From the NCBI GenBank assembly GCA_020718085.1, contig DYDB01000001.1:47384-111383 (forward strand): a stretch of DNA of 64,000 bases, given 5' to 3'. The translations under genes were made by a program, and so were the position numbers. Positions 48,358 to 56,476 of this stretch are shown here, in pieces (position 1 is the stretch's first letter; the number at the start of each line of letters is the position of its first letter). The notes beneath the pieces are model-generated. The model was not told where the DNA came from and ran no database searches. It saw only the letters and a program-made list of their open reading frames with translations. The DNA comes from Micavibrio sp. GTDB taxonomy: Bacteria > Patescibacteriota > Minisyncoccia > Moranbacterales > GCA-2747515.

Positions 48358-48909
48358 ATGGCAAAGATCATTATTGGGCTTGCGGGAGAGATGGCAAGTG
48401 GCAAGGGGACAGTTGCACAGTATTTGGCCACGGAGAAAAAAGCGTCAACGCACCGCTTTTCAACGATGTTGCGTGACGTTTTGGATCGATTGCACTTGGA
48501 ACAATCGCGAGATCATATGCAAAAACTTTCTTTCATTATACGTGAAACATATGGACAGGATGCTCTTGCACATGTGATGGCGGAAGATGTGAAAAAGGAC
48601 ACTGCAGAGGTGATCGTGGTGGACGGTGTGCGACGTATGGATGATATTGTGTTTCTCAAGCAAATACCGGAATTCAAACTTGTGTATATTGATGTCAACT
48701 TAGAAACACGTTATGAACGCATTATAAAGCGCAGTGAAAATCCCGATGATCAAAACAAAACCTTTGAACAGTTCGTTACGGAAAGCAAAGCTGATGCGGA
48801 GTTGCAAATCGCAGGACTCAAAGAATATGCAGATATTGTGATTGATAACAATGGGGATATCGAGAGTCTTTATGCACAAATAGATATTCTTCTGGCGGAC
48901 GTGGAGTAA
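48358..48909 (+). CDS. P-loop kinase, T4 gp1-like dNMP kinase family (paralogue B)
   Basis: GLAGEMASGKGT P-loop. Shared blocks with 47183-47752 (RFS, DGxRxxxD, DDQxxTFExF). Confidence 0.5.
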   Translation: MAKIIIGLAGEMASGKGTVAQYLATEKKASTHRFSTMLRDVLDRLHLEQSRDHMQKLSFIIRETYGQDALAHVMAEDVKKDTAEVIVVDGVRRMDDIVFLKQIPEFKLVYIDVNLETRYERIIKRSENPDDQNKTFEQFVTESKADAELQIAGLKEYADIVIDNNGDIESLYAQIDILLADVE

Positions 48910-49046
48910 TTTACAATTTTCAATTCACAATTTACAATCAATTTTTCAATTTAGCAATTTTCAAAAATTGAGCAATTGAAAAATTCTGTCAGATGTATTT
49001 TTATGTGTAGTGCCTTGCAAGAGTGGATTTTATGACCCGCTTCTTT

Positions 49047-49204
49047 TCTTTGCGCGTCATAATAAAAATTTGCGAGGCACAGTATAATTACGCTCCTGCA
49101 AAACGTCATCGCGAGGAATGTAGCGACGAAGCGATCTTTTCCTTGCACATGCAATTTTTCGTACAATAACCGAGATTGCTTCGTTACTGTGTTCCTCGCA
49201 AAGA
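49047..49204. repeat. MITE-like repeat, family A (copy 2, with nested hairpin)
   Basis: Ends in gattgcttcgttactgtgttcctcgcaaagac. Left arm gcgaggaatgtagcgacgaagcgatc. Nested tttgcgagg...cctgcaaa hairpin. Confidence 0.55.
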
Positions 49205-49356
49205 CAATAAGTCGCGTGTGTTTTTGGATAAAAGTGAATAGTAAAAAATTTTTGACATTGTTTTTGTGATGTGACATGATGATATATTCGGTCAATGGTG
49301 ACTGGAGAAAGATCGTTTTTTAACATATAAAAATATATGATAAAGGAGGTGTTCTG

Positions 49357-49521
49357 ATGCGATGTGGTCACTCGTTTTGTCGATGTGGGTATAGTAATAT
49401 AAGAAGCTGCAAACGCTTTGGACGCTTCTATGTCTTTATATGTCGTCATTGTGGTCATATACGGGCAAAACATGAGTGTGAGGTTCAATTTGTTGTTATG
49501 GCGCAGTTCAAAAGAAAATAA
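49357..49521 (+). CDS. Small Cys/His-rich zinc-ribbon-like protein (54 aa), hypothetical
   Basis: Strong RBS aaaggagg 7 nt upstream. MRCGHSFCRCGYSNIRSCKRFGRFYVFICRHCGHIRAKHEC. Too short for the supplied ORF track. Confidence 0.4.
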   Translation: MRCGHSFCRCGYSNIRSCKRFGRFYVFICRHCGHIRAKHECEVQFVVMAQFKRK

Positions 49522-49548
49522 GATGTCAACAAAAAAGGAGAATCTACC

Positions 49549-50589
49549 ATGGCTGAAGCGGGCGCAAAACGTTCAAAAAAAACTGTTGCGGTAGGGAAGA
49601 TGTATCGGATTATCGATCCATCAGCCACTATTGCTTCTCATCTCGATGGTAAATCAGTTGAAGAACGTATTGAAGAGTGTGGACGGATTTGCTACAAAAC
49701 AGAAGATAAAATTACGGGGATGTCTGCAATCGGTTTTGGACGAAAAATGGTTGTGGATATGCATAACTCCGTTTTGGAAATGGCAGTGGTGACATATCAT
49801 GTACTTGCGATGGGTGATGTGCGCAAGTTGCGTGAGGTGTCGAAGTATGTGGTCATCGACGAATATGAAGAGGGCTATCTCATCACAGGAAGTATTCGTG
49901 CATTTCGTGAAGCATATATGTTGTGTCCGCAAGATACACTGATCAAGGGTCTTGTGCATGCTGTTGCAAAGCGTCACCCGATCTTTTTTGAAGACATGGT
50001 TTTGGGTGGTGACAATCGCATGGAGCAACTCATCGAAAAAGTCGAGCTCAACATGCTTGATGGAGAGATCAGAGCGTCATCTCCCAAGCTGTGGCGCAGG
50101 CATCGATTTGTCGCAGTGAAATTCATTGTCAATCGTGCTGTGACGCATGAACTTGTCAGGCATCGTCCGTGCGCATTTTTGCAAGAAAGCCAACGGTATT
50201 GCAATTATGGGCAGGATCGGTTCGACAGGTTGGTGACGTTTATCAAGCCACTGTTCTTTCCAAAAGGAACACCAGAATACAGTGAGTGGTTGAGGTCAGT
50301 GAGATTTTCGGCAAAACAGTATCTCAAACTTCTCGAAACATCATCGCCACAAGCAGCGCGTACCGTTCTGATCAATAGTTGCAAGACGGAGATCATTGTT
50401 TTTTGCAATATCGTGCAATGGAACCATATACTGCACATGCGTACAAGTCCGGCAGCAGAGCCATCAATGCGTGAAGTAATGATCCCGCTGCAGGCACAAA
50501 TGCGTGAGCTTTTCTCGGGAGAATCGTTTGATAAGCGCTCTCCTGAAGGCTTCCTCGTCTCGAAGGAAGAAGCGGAAGTTGAGGCATAA
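49549..50589 (+). CDS. thyX: Flavin-dependent thymidylate synthase ThyX
   Basis: ThyX signature RHRxxxxxxSQRY is present as RHRPCAFLQESQRY. RBS aaaaaggag. Confidence 0.8.
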   Translation: MAEAGAKRSKKTVAVGKMYRIIDPSATIASHLDGKSVEERIEECGRICYKTEDKITGMSAIGFGRKMVVDMHNSVLEMAVVTYHVLAMGDVRKLREVSKYVVIDEYEEGYLITGSIRAFREAYMLCPQDTLIKGLVHAVAKRHPIFFEDMVLGGDNRMEQLIEKVELNMLDGEIRASSPKLWRRHRFVAVKFIVNRAVTHELVRHRPCAFLQESQRYCNYGQDRFDRLVTFIKPLFFPKGTPEYSEWLRSVRFSAKQYLKLLETSSPQAARTVLINSCKTEIIVFCNIVQWNHILHMRTSPAAEPSMREVMIPLQAQMRELFSGESFDKRSPEGFLVSKEEAEVEA

Positions 50590-50732
50590 GCGTAAGAAAA
50601 ATAATGTTGTAGATAAAGCCGCCCATGGGAACACCTGTGGGCGGTCATTTTTTAAATAATTGAATAGTTACCTTTGAATATTATGGAAAAAGTGCTAGAA
50701 TAACGGGGTTAATACTAAGTTTTATAAAAAAC

Positions 50733-51062
50733 ATGAATTTTACTGAATATCAAAATGAGTCGCGTAAAACGGCACTTTATCCCAATGTGGGGAATAATTT
50801 TGTGTATCCGACGCTTGGGCTTTCCGGGGAAGCAGGGGAAGTGGCAGATAAACTCAAAAAAACGATTCGTGACGATGGTGGTGTGTTGACAGAAGAAAAA
50901 AAACGAGAAGTTGGGAAAGAATTGGGTGATGTGCTCTGGTATGTGTCGCAAGTAGCATCAGAGCTCGAGTTGTCGCTTGATGAGATCGCGCAGAAAAATT
51001 TGGAAAAGCTGTTGTCACGTATGGATCGAGGTGTGATCAAGGGGAGTGGAGACAATAGATGA
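50733..51062 (+). CDS. MazG-like nucleoside triphosphate pyrophosphohydrolase
   Basis: GLSGEAGEVADKL and ELGDVLWYV helices of the all-alpha NTP-PPase fold. Confidence 0.7.
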   Translation: MNFTEYQNESRKTALYPNVGNNFVYPTLGLSGEAGEVADKLKKTIRDDGGVLTEEKKREVGKELGDVLWYVSQVASELELSLDEIAQKNLEKLLSRMDRGVIKGSGDNR

Positions 51063-51184
51063 ATTACCCAATTCTAATTTCCAATTTTAAATTTTGAATG
51101 AAATTCAAATTTTAAAAAATTAAAACATTCATGATATTGACTTGAAATTCGAAATTTCGAATTCAAAATTAATTATAAAATCCT

Positions 51185-52663
51185 ATGACCACAAAATACA
51201 ATGTAACGATCGGTATGGAGATCCATGTGGAACTCAAAACAAAATCCAAAATGTTCTCCAGTGCGCCAAATCATTTGGGTATGGAAAAGACGCCAAATAC
51301 ATCAATTGACCCGGTAACGATGGCACAACCTGGTAGTTTACCGGTGCCGAACCGGCAAGCAATCGAATTTGTACAAAAAGCGGGGCTGGCATTGGAGTGC
51401 GAGATTGCTCGCAAAAGCAAATTCGATCGAAAAAATTATTTTTATCCCGATTTGCCAAAAGGATATCAAATTTCGCAATATGATATGCCGCTGTGTGAAC
51501 ATGGAAAGGTAATGATCGGTGACAAAGAAATTGGCATTACACGCATTCACATGGAAGAAGATACGGGTAAATCTACACATCCATCCGGCATGTCATATTC
51601 ACTTGTGGATCTTAATCGTGCAGGTGTGCCACTTATGGAGCTTGTAACTGAACCGGATATTACCAGTGGAGCGCAGGCAAGACTTTTTTGTCAGAAATTA
51701 CAGCAGATCTTTCGTTATATAGATATTGCCGATGCGGATATGGAAAAGGGACAGATGCGTTGTGAGGTGAATATTTCTCTTTACAAAAATGGTTCAGATC
51801 GCTTAAGTGGTCAAAAGGTGGAGATCAAAAATCTCAGCTCGTTCCGTGTTGTGGAAAGGGCCATTGATTATGAAATTGAAAGACAGACGAAAGCACTTGA
51901 GGGTAATGAGGTGATCGTACAGGAAACGCGCGGATGGGACGATGTAAAAGGCAAAACCGTGTCACAACGCAAAAAAGAAAATGCGCATGACTACCGTTAC
52001 TTCCCAGAACCGGATATTCCTCCGATGACGTTTACTGATGCATATGTGGAACAATTGCGTCGTACACTTCCAGAGTTGCCACGACAAAAGGAAGAACGTT
52101 TTACCGCAGAATATAATTTGAGTGCGCAAAATTGTGGTGTGATCACGGCTGATATTGACATGGCAAATTATTTTGAACAGGTGGTAAGTGAGATCATGGA
52201 TAAGAAAGCATCCGGAGAAATGCATGCGGATTCCGAAAAAACAATAAAACTTGCTGCAAACTATTTGGTGAGTGAGGTGCAGAAGCATCTCGTAAAGGAT
52301 GGACAAAGAATTAGTGAGACAAAAATATCTGCAGAAAATTTTGCAGAACTGATGGCGATCATTGCTGATGGCACGATCAACTCTTCTGCCGCACAGATCG
52401 TATTGGAAGAAATGTTCTATGGGGAAGAAGATGATCCGAGTCGCATCATCGAAGCAAAAAATCTTGCGCAAGTGTCGGACGTTGGTGCATTGGAGCAACA
52501 AGTTGATGAGGTGATCGCGTCAAATGAACAATCTGTTGTGGATTATAAAGCAGGGAAGGAAAATGCCATCAAATACCTTATGGGACAAGTAATGAAAGTA
52601 TCGGGAGGTAAGGCAAATCCGCAAATGGTGATGGAAATTCTTGTAAAAAAATTGGCTGAATAA
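51185..52663 (+). CDS. gatB: Asp-tRNA(Asn)/Glu-tRNA(Gln) amidotransferase subunit B
   Basis: N-terminal IGMEIHVEL...KMFSSAP and full-length GatB/YqeY architecture. Confidence 0.9.
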   Translation: MTTKYNVTIGMEIHVELKTKSKMFSSAPNHLGMEKTPNTSIDPVTMAQPGSLPVPNRQAIEFVQKAGLALECEIARKSKFDRKNYFYPDLPKGYQISQYDMPLCEHGKVMIGDKEIGITRIHMEEDTGKSTHPSGMSYSLVDLNRAGVPLMELVTEPDITSGAQARLFCQKLQQIFRYIDIADADMEKGQMRCEVNISLYKNGSDRLSGQKVEIKNLSSFRVVERAIDYEIERQTKALEGNEVIVQETRGWDDVKGKTVSQRKKENAHDYRYFPEPDIPPMTFTDAYVEQLRRTLPELPRQKEERFTAEYNLSAQNCGVITADIDMANYFEQVVSEIMDKKASGEMHADSEKTIKLAANYLVSEVQKHLVKDGQRISETKISAENFAELMAIIADGTINSSAAQIVLEEMFYGEEDDPSRIIEAKNLAQVSDVGALEQQVDEVIASNEQSVVDYKAGKENAIKYLMGQVMKVSGGKANPQMVMEILVKKLAE

Positions 52664-52670
52664 AATAGAC

Positions 52671-52820
52671 ACCCTCATCCGCCCTTCGGGCACCCTGCCT
52701 ACCGGACAGGCAGGCTTCTCCCATGGGGAGAAGGGGTAAGAAGAAAGAATAAGAGTAAGAAAATTTAAAAAACATTTAAGCCCCCTCTCCCTCTGGGAGA
52801 GGGTTGGGGTGAGGGTGATA
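52671..52820. repeat. Composite GC-rich repeat module upstream of DUF559 gene
   Basis: accctcatccgcccttcgggcacc + family B core + ttctcccatggggagaagggg + ccctctccctctgggagagggttggggtgagggtg. The modules recur at 53202-53326. Confidence 0.55.
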
Positions 52821-52847
52821 ATGTAGATTTTTAGAGGTAAAGATCTT

Positions 52848-53198
52848 ATGTATAATACTTCTATCTCAAAAGCACAATTGTTACGTAAAAAACAAACGCC
52901 ACAAGAAATAAAAATGTGGGCGCGATTGCGCAATCGTCAGTTTCATGACTTAAAATTCCGTAGACAATGTGTGATCGGTCGATATATTGTGGATTTTCTT
53001 TGCATGGAAAGCAAACTAATTATTGAAATTGACGGATGGCAGCATAAGCAAGGATTTTCCGGAATTGAAGAAATTGAACGTACGAAATTTTTAGAAAAAG
53101 AGGGTTATCACATTGTGCGTTTTTGGAATAATGAGATCGATCAAAATATTGATGGTGTGTTCTTGCGGTTAGAGGAGGAAATTGATGATCGTCTTTGA
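52848..53198 (+). CDS. DUF559 endonuclease-domain protein (Vsr-like fold)
   Basis: QTPQEIKMWARLRNRQ...KFRRQ...GRYIVDFLC...LIIEIDGWQH is typical of DUF559. Confidence 0.7.
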   Translation: MYNTSISKAQLLRKKQTPQEIKMWARLRNRQFHDLKFRRQCVIGRYIVDFLCMESKLIIEIDGWQHKQGFSGIEEIERTKFLEKEGYHIVRFWNNEIDQNIDGVFLRLEEEIDDRL

Positions 53199-53201
53199 TT
53201 A

Positions 53202-53326
53202 ACCCTCATCCGCCCCTTGGGCACCTTCTCCCATAGGAGAAGGGGTAAAAGGAAAAGTATTCTAAAAACACCCTCTCCCTCTGGGAGAGTCTGCCTGTCC
53301 GGTTGGCAGGGGCTGGAGTAAGGGTG
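53202..53326. repeat. Composite GC-rich repeat module downstream of DUF559 gene
   Basis: accctcatccgccccttgggcacc + ttctcccataggagaagggg + ccctctccctctgggagag + inverted family B core tctgcctgtccggttggcagg. Confidence 0.55.
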
Positions 53327-53905
53327 TTAAATTAACGCATTGATATGAAAAAAGTAGTAGATCGTACCAATTACTTCGTGTATGAAAAATTGGGGTTCTT
53401 TGAAATAGCGTCCGCGATAGTATGTGGCACGATGGAGGGAAAAGTTGGAGATGTTTTGTTGGTTGGCAAGTAGGGCAATGCGACCGAGATGAAAATCATT
53501 TGATACAAAAACAAAGCTTGTATTTTCCGGAAGATTTTTGATCGTTGCGCGCGTGTTGAGTCCGTTATAATCAGCAACGATCTTTTTTGACTCTATATTA
53601 TTTTTTTGTGCTAGTTTCTTCATAACATCCACTTCATGTGCGCCGTAAGTGGATGGTCCACCGGAAAAGATGAGGCACGATACTATTTTATTTTTATACA
53701 GATCAATGCCGGTCATGGTGCGATCGTATAATGCATGAGAGGGGATATTATCTTTCCATACAGCTGCGCCGAAAACAACAGCACAATCTTTGTGAGCAGT
53801 ATCTGCGGCTGTGTAATTTTTTAGTGTATAAAGCGCGCTCACTGTAATTACTGCAGTGATCATGACAATGCACACAATACAAATTTTGACGAATTTTTTT
53901 ATCAT
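53327..53905 (-). CDS. DUF218 (YdcF/SanA/ElyC-family) membrane-anchored protein
   Basis: N-terminal TM. CAVVFGAAVW...SGG...VSNDFHLGR blocks of DUF218. Confidence 0.6.
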   Translation of the reverse strand: MIKKFVKICIVCIVMITAVITVSALYTLKNYTAADTAHKDCAVVFGAAVWKDNIPSHALYDRTMTGIDLYKNKIVSCLIFSGGPSTYGAHEVDVMKKLAQKNNIESKKIVADYNGLNTRATIKNLPENTSFVFVSNDFHLGRIALLANQQNISNFSLHRATYYRGRYFKEPQFFIHEVIGTIYYFFHINALI

Positions 53906-53908
53906 GAT

Positions 53909-54859
53909 CTAATTCTTTAGAAATTTTTGCGAAAGTTCAATGGCATCTTCTTCCGTGGTAATACGTACAATTGGCGCACCTTGTTTCTCCCAGCGTCGAA
54001 TCCACGTCTCTTGTCTTTTGGCATAGCTTTTGAGATCACGGATCGTATGATCGCGCATGAGGTCAAATGAGATCTGTCCACGCACATAGCGTGTACACCA
54101 TTTATATTCCAAACCAAAACTTTCCAGGCGTGACCATGGTACGTGCAACATATGATGTGCATGAAGAATTTCATCAAATATGCCTGCATCGAACCATGTG
54201 TCCATGCGTTTTTCTATTCGCGTATGTAGTATATCGCGCGGATGGGAAAGTGCAATGATGAGATCGTTTTGAGGATCGATCGGAGTGCGTGTTTCTGATG
54301 GAACACGTCCAAGTGCCGATGCAATTTCAATTGCACGGATCAGTCGTACAGGATTGTGTGCATCAACTTTTTTTGCATAGACAGGATCGATCTCCGTTAA
54401 TTTTTGTAGTAGTTGTTCTAAGGTGTGCTTTTGAAGTACAGTGCGCAGTTTTGAATTTGGTAATACAGTGGGGAAAATGACGTTCTCCACAAGTGCCTGT
54501 GCCCAAAACATTGTGCCACCACAGATGATCGGAAGTTTGTTTCTTTTTTTAATATCATTTTGTATTTGTGTGGCTTTGCGGACAAATTTGGCGACATTGT
54601 ATGCAGTGTTCGGATGTACGATGTCGATCATATGATGGTATATATCATCGGATATATATACATATTTTTTTCGGTCGAGGAAATCAGTATATGGTGCAAG
54701 ATGCCCAGGTTCTTTGCCTGTGCCAATCGTAAGATCGCGGTAGATTTGTCGAGAGTCCGCACTGATGATTTCGCCGTTGAAATGCTTGGCCAGTGCAATG
54801 GCAACGTGAGATTTACCAGAGGCTGTTGGTCCAATGATAGTGATCCTTTTATTCCGCAT
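53909..54859 (-). CDS. miaA: tRNA dimethylallyltransferase
   Basis: P-loop IIGPTASGKSHVAIALA and ISADSRQIYRDLTIGTGK. Confidence 0.9.
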   Translation of the reverse strand: MRNKRITIIGPTASGKSHVAIALAKHFNGEIISADSRQIYRDLTIGTGKEPGHLAPYTDFLDRKKYVYISDDIYHHMIDIVHPNTAYNVAKFVRKATQIQNDIKKRNKLPIICGGTMFWAQALVENVIFPTVLPNSKLRTVLQKHTLEQLLQKLTEIDPVYAKKVDAHNPVRLIRAIEIASALGRVPSETRTPIDPQNDLIIALSHPRDILHTRIEKRMDTWFDAGIFDEILHAHHMLHVPWSRLESFGLEYKWCTRYVRGQISFDLMRDHTIRDLKSYAKRQETWIRRWEKQGAPIVRITTEEDAIELSQKFLKN

Positions 54860-54977
54860 AGAAAAATTTTATTAAAAAATCATTGTGGATGAATGATAAT
54901 GGGTGATGTGTTTATATGCACAAAAAAAGGTTAGTCCACATTATTATAATGTGGACTAACCCATGAAAATGTCAAGG

Positions 54978-55664
54978 TTATTTGTGTATGCCGTTGATAA
55001 GAGTTTGTCTCTGATCTTCTACGAACGCGTTAATGGAATCAAAAATAGCACCCATGCCTTTGTCGATGACGGACAATATTTTGAGTTCATTATTTCCGTC
55101 GAGGGACAACATCGGTGTGATTGACCCAACTACGAGATGGCGAATGTCCAGTGCTTTAGCGATATGAAAAAAACCGGTGTGGAATTGTTGCATATCTCTT
55201 ATGCCACCTTCGGGAAAGATCACAATTGAACAATCGGTATCTTTGCTGAGAGATGAAATAATTTTTCCACACCTTCCTCCGGGAATGTGGGTGATTGGGA
55301 GATGCCATGTTTCTTGCATCGCAACTTGCCATCCGATGTCATGTGCCAATGTCACAAATCTTCGATTGCCGAGAGCTTCTCTCAAGAGTGCTTGTCGAAT
55401 GATCGGAAACCAAAACGACGGGAATTCACGAGTGTTCCCACCCTTGAGTCCGCTAATGTGTTCAGCTGGTAAGGTAAGCGTATCATCCGCAGCCGGATGG
55501 TTTGTGATGAACATCACTCGTGCATCTTCGGGTAAGTCGATTTTCTCAGCGCTTATATGTACAAATGTTTTTAGTTGTTGAATGAGTTGCTCAATGGTCA
55601 GAAGACCTCTGAAGTATTGATGCGAAAAATCCAGGTACAAATTTCTGGTGTGCGTACGTGACAT
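54978..55664 (-). CDS. Lysophospholipid acyltransferase (PlsC/AGPAT family)
   Basis: Motif I ITNHPAADD (NHx4D). Motif III VIFPEGG. Confidence 0.65.
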   Translation of the reverse strand: MSRTHTRNLYLDFSHQYFRGLLTIEQLIQQLKTFVHISAEKIDLPEDARVMFITNHPAADDTLTLPAEHISGLKGGNTREFPSFWFPIIRQALLREALGNRRFVTLAHDIGWQVAMQETWHLPITHIPGGRCGKIISSLSKDTDCSIVIFPEGGIRDMQQFHTGFFHIAKALDIRHLVVGSITPMLSLDGNNELKILSVIDKGMGAIFDSINAFVEDQRQTLINGIHK

Positions 55665-55756
55665 GAGATCTCCAAAATTTTTGAATTGATGAAAAAAATG
55701 AAAAAAACGGTCGTATCTTGTGTTGTTAAGTCTACCAATGAATAAAATTCATTGTA

Positions 55757-56467
55757 TCAAACAACGATATTTTTGACAAGTTTTTGCACATCAAGAGGAT
55801 GTTCATCAAACCAATGATTGCTGTCAATGTTAGTTATATGGGAGCTTGGAAGCAGGGATGTGAGCGTGTCAACATTTTTTTTATCAATAATGTCATTTTT
55901 TGGATAAAAAATATGACATTCTTGTGTAACATTGCACAGATCATCAGTGATCATAAAGTTTTTATAGGCGTTGACCCATGGTTGATCGAGAAGTTTGACT
56001 TTTTTTTGAGATACTTTGCATAATACGGGATCTTGCGTTGAAAAAATGTGATCAATATCTGTAATATCAATGCGTGGCAAAATAATCTCGTTTAGAAAGA
56101 CTGCCGGTGCCGTCAAAATGATCTTTGTGTCTCGGTCAAATACTTTATGACACGCAAGGGCAATTGCACATCCCTGTGAATGTGCAACGATCACGATCTT
56201 ATTTTTGGGATAATGGTTTTGCAGACCTCGGAACTCACGCATTAAATGATCTTGCATTTCAATTGGATTCCACAGTTTTTGTTCATGGTCTTCATGACCA
56301 TAAAATGTGACGGTGTATACTGCATGATCATTAGCTACCAGTTCGCTTCGCAATTTATGCAGAAAGCCCTGCGTGTAATTTCCCAAAAAGCCGGGGACGA
56401 TCATATAGATCGGTTGTGAGTCGTCCCTTAGATGCCCAAAGATCTTTGATGGAACTTCGTGAATCAT
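55757..56467 (-). CDS. Alpha/beta hydrolase (esterase/lipase-like)
   Basis: Nucleophile elbow VAHSQG (GxSxG). About 236 aa. Confidence 0.6.
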   Translation of the reverse strand: MIHEVPSKIFGHLRDDSQPIYMIVPGFLGNYTQGFLHKLRSELVANDHAVYTVTFYGHEDHEQKLWNPIEMQDHLMREFRGLQNHYPKNKIVIVAHSQGCAIALACHKVFDRDTKIILTAPAVFLNEIILPRIDITDIDHIFSTQDPVLCKVSQKKVKLLDQPWVNAYKNFMITDDLCNVTQECHIFYPKNDIIDKKNVDTLTSLLPSSHITNIDSNHWFDEHPLDVQKLVKNIVV

Positions 56468-56476
56468 AAAAAAATT

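Noticed and set aside
48910-48990. Possible CRISPR-like array
   Set aside because: The repeats are 6-7 nt with irregular spacing and no spacers. There are no cas genes in the window.
52520-52933. Minus-strand 137-aa ORF spanning the composite repeat and the DUF559 start
   Set aside because: It runs through the GC-rich hairpin repeats and overlaps the DUF559 gene. Its product contains repeat-derived peptides (PLSQRERGL) and has no RBS.
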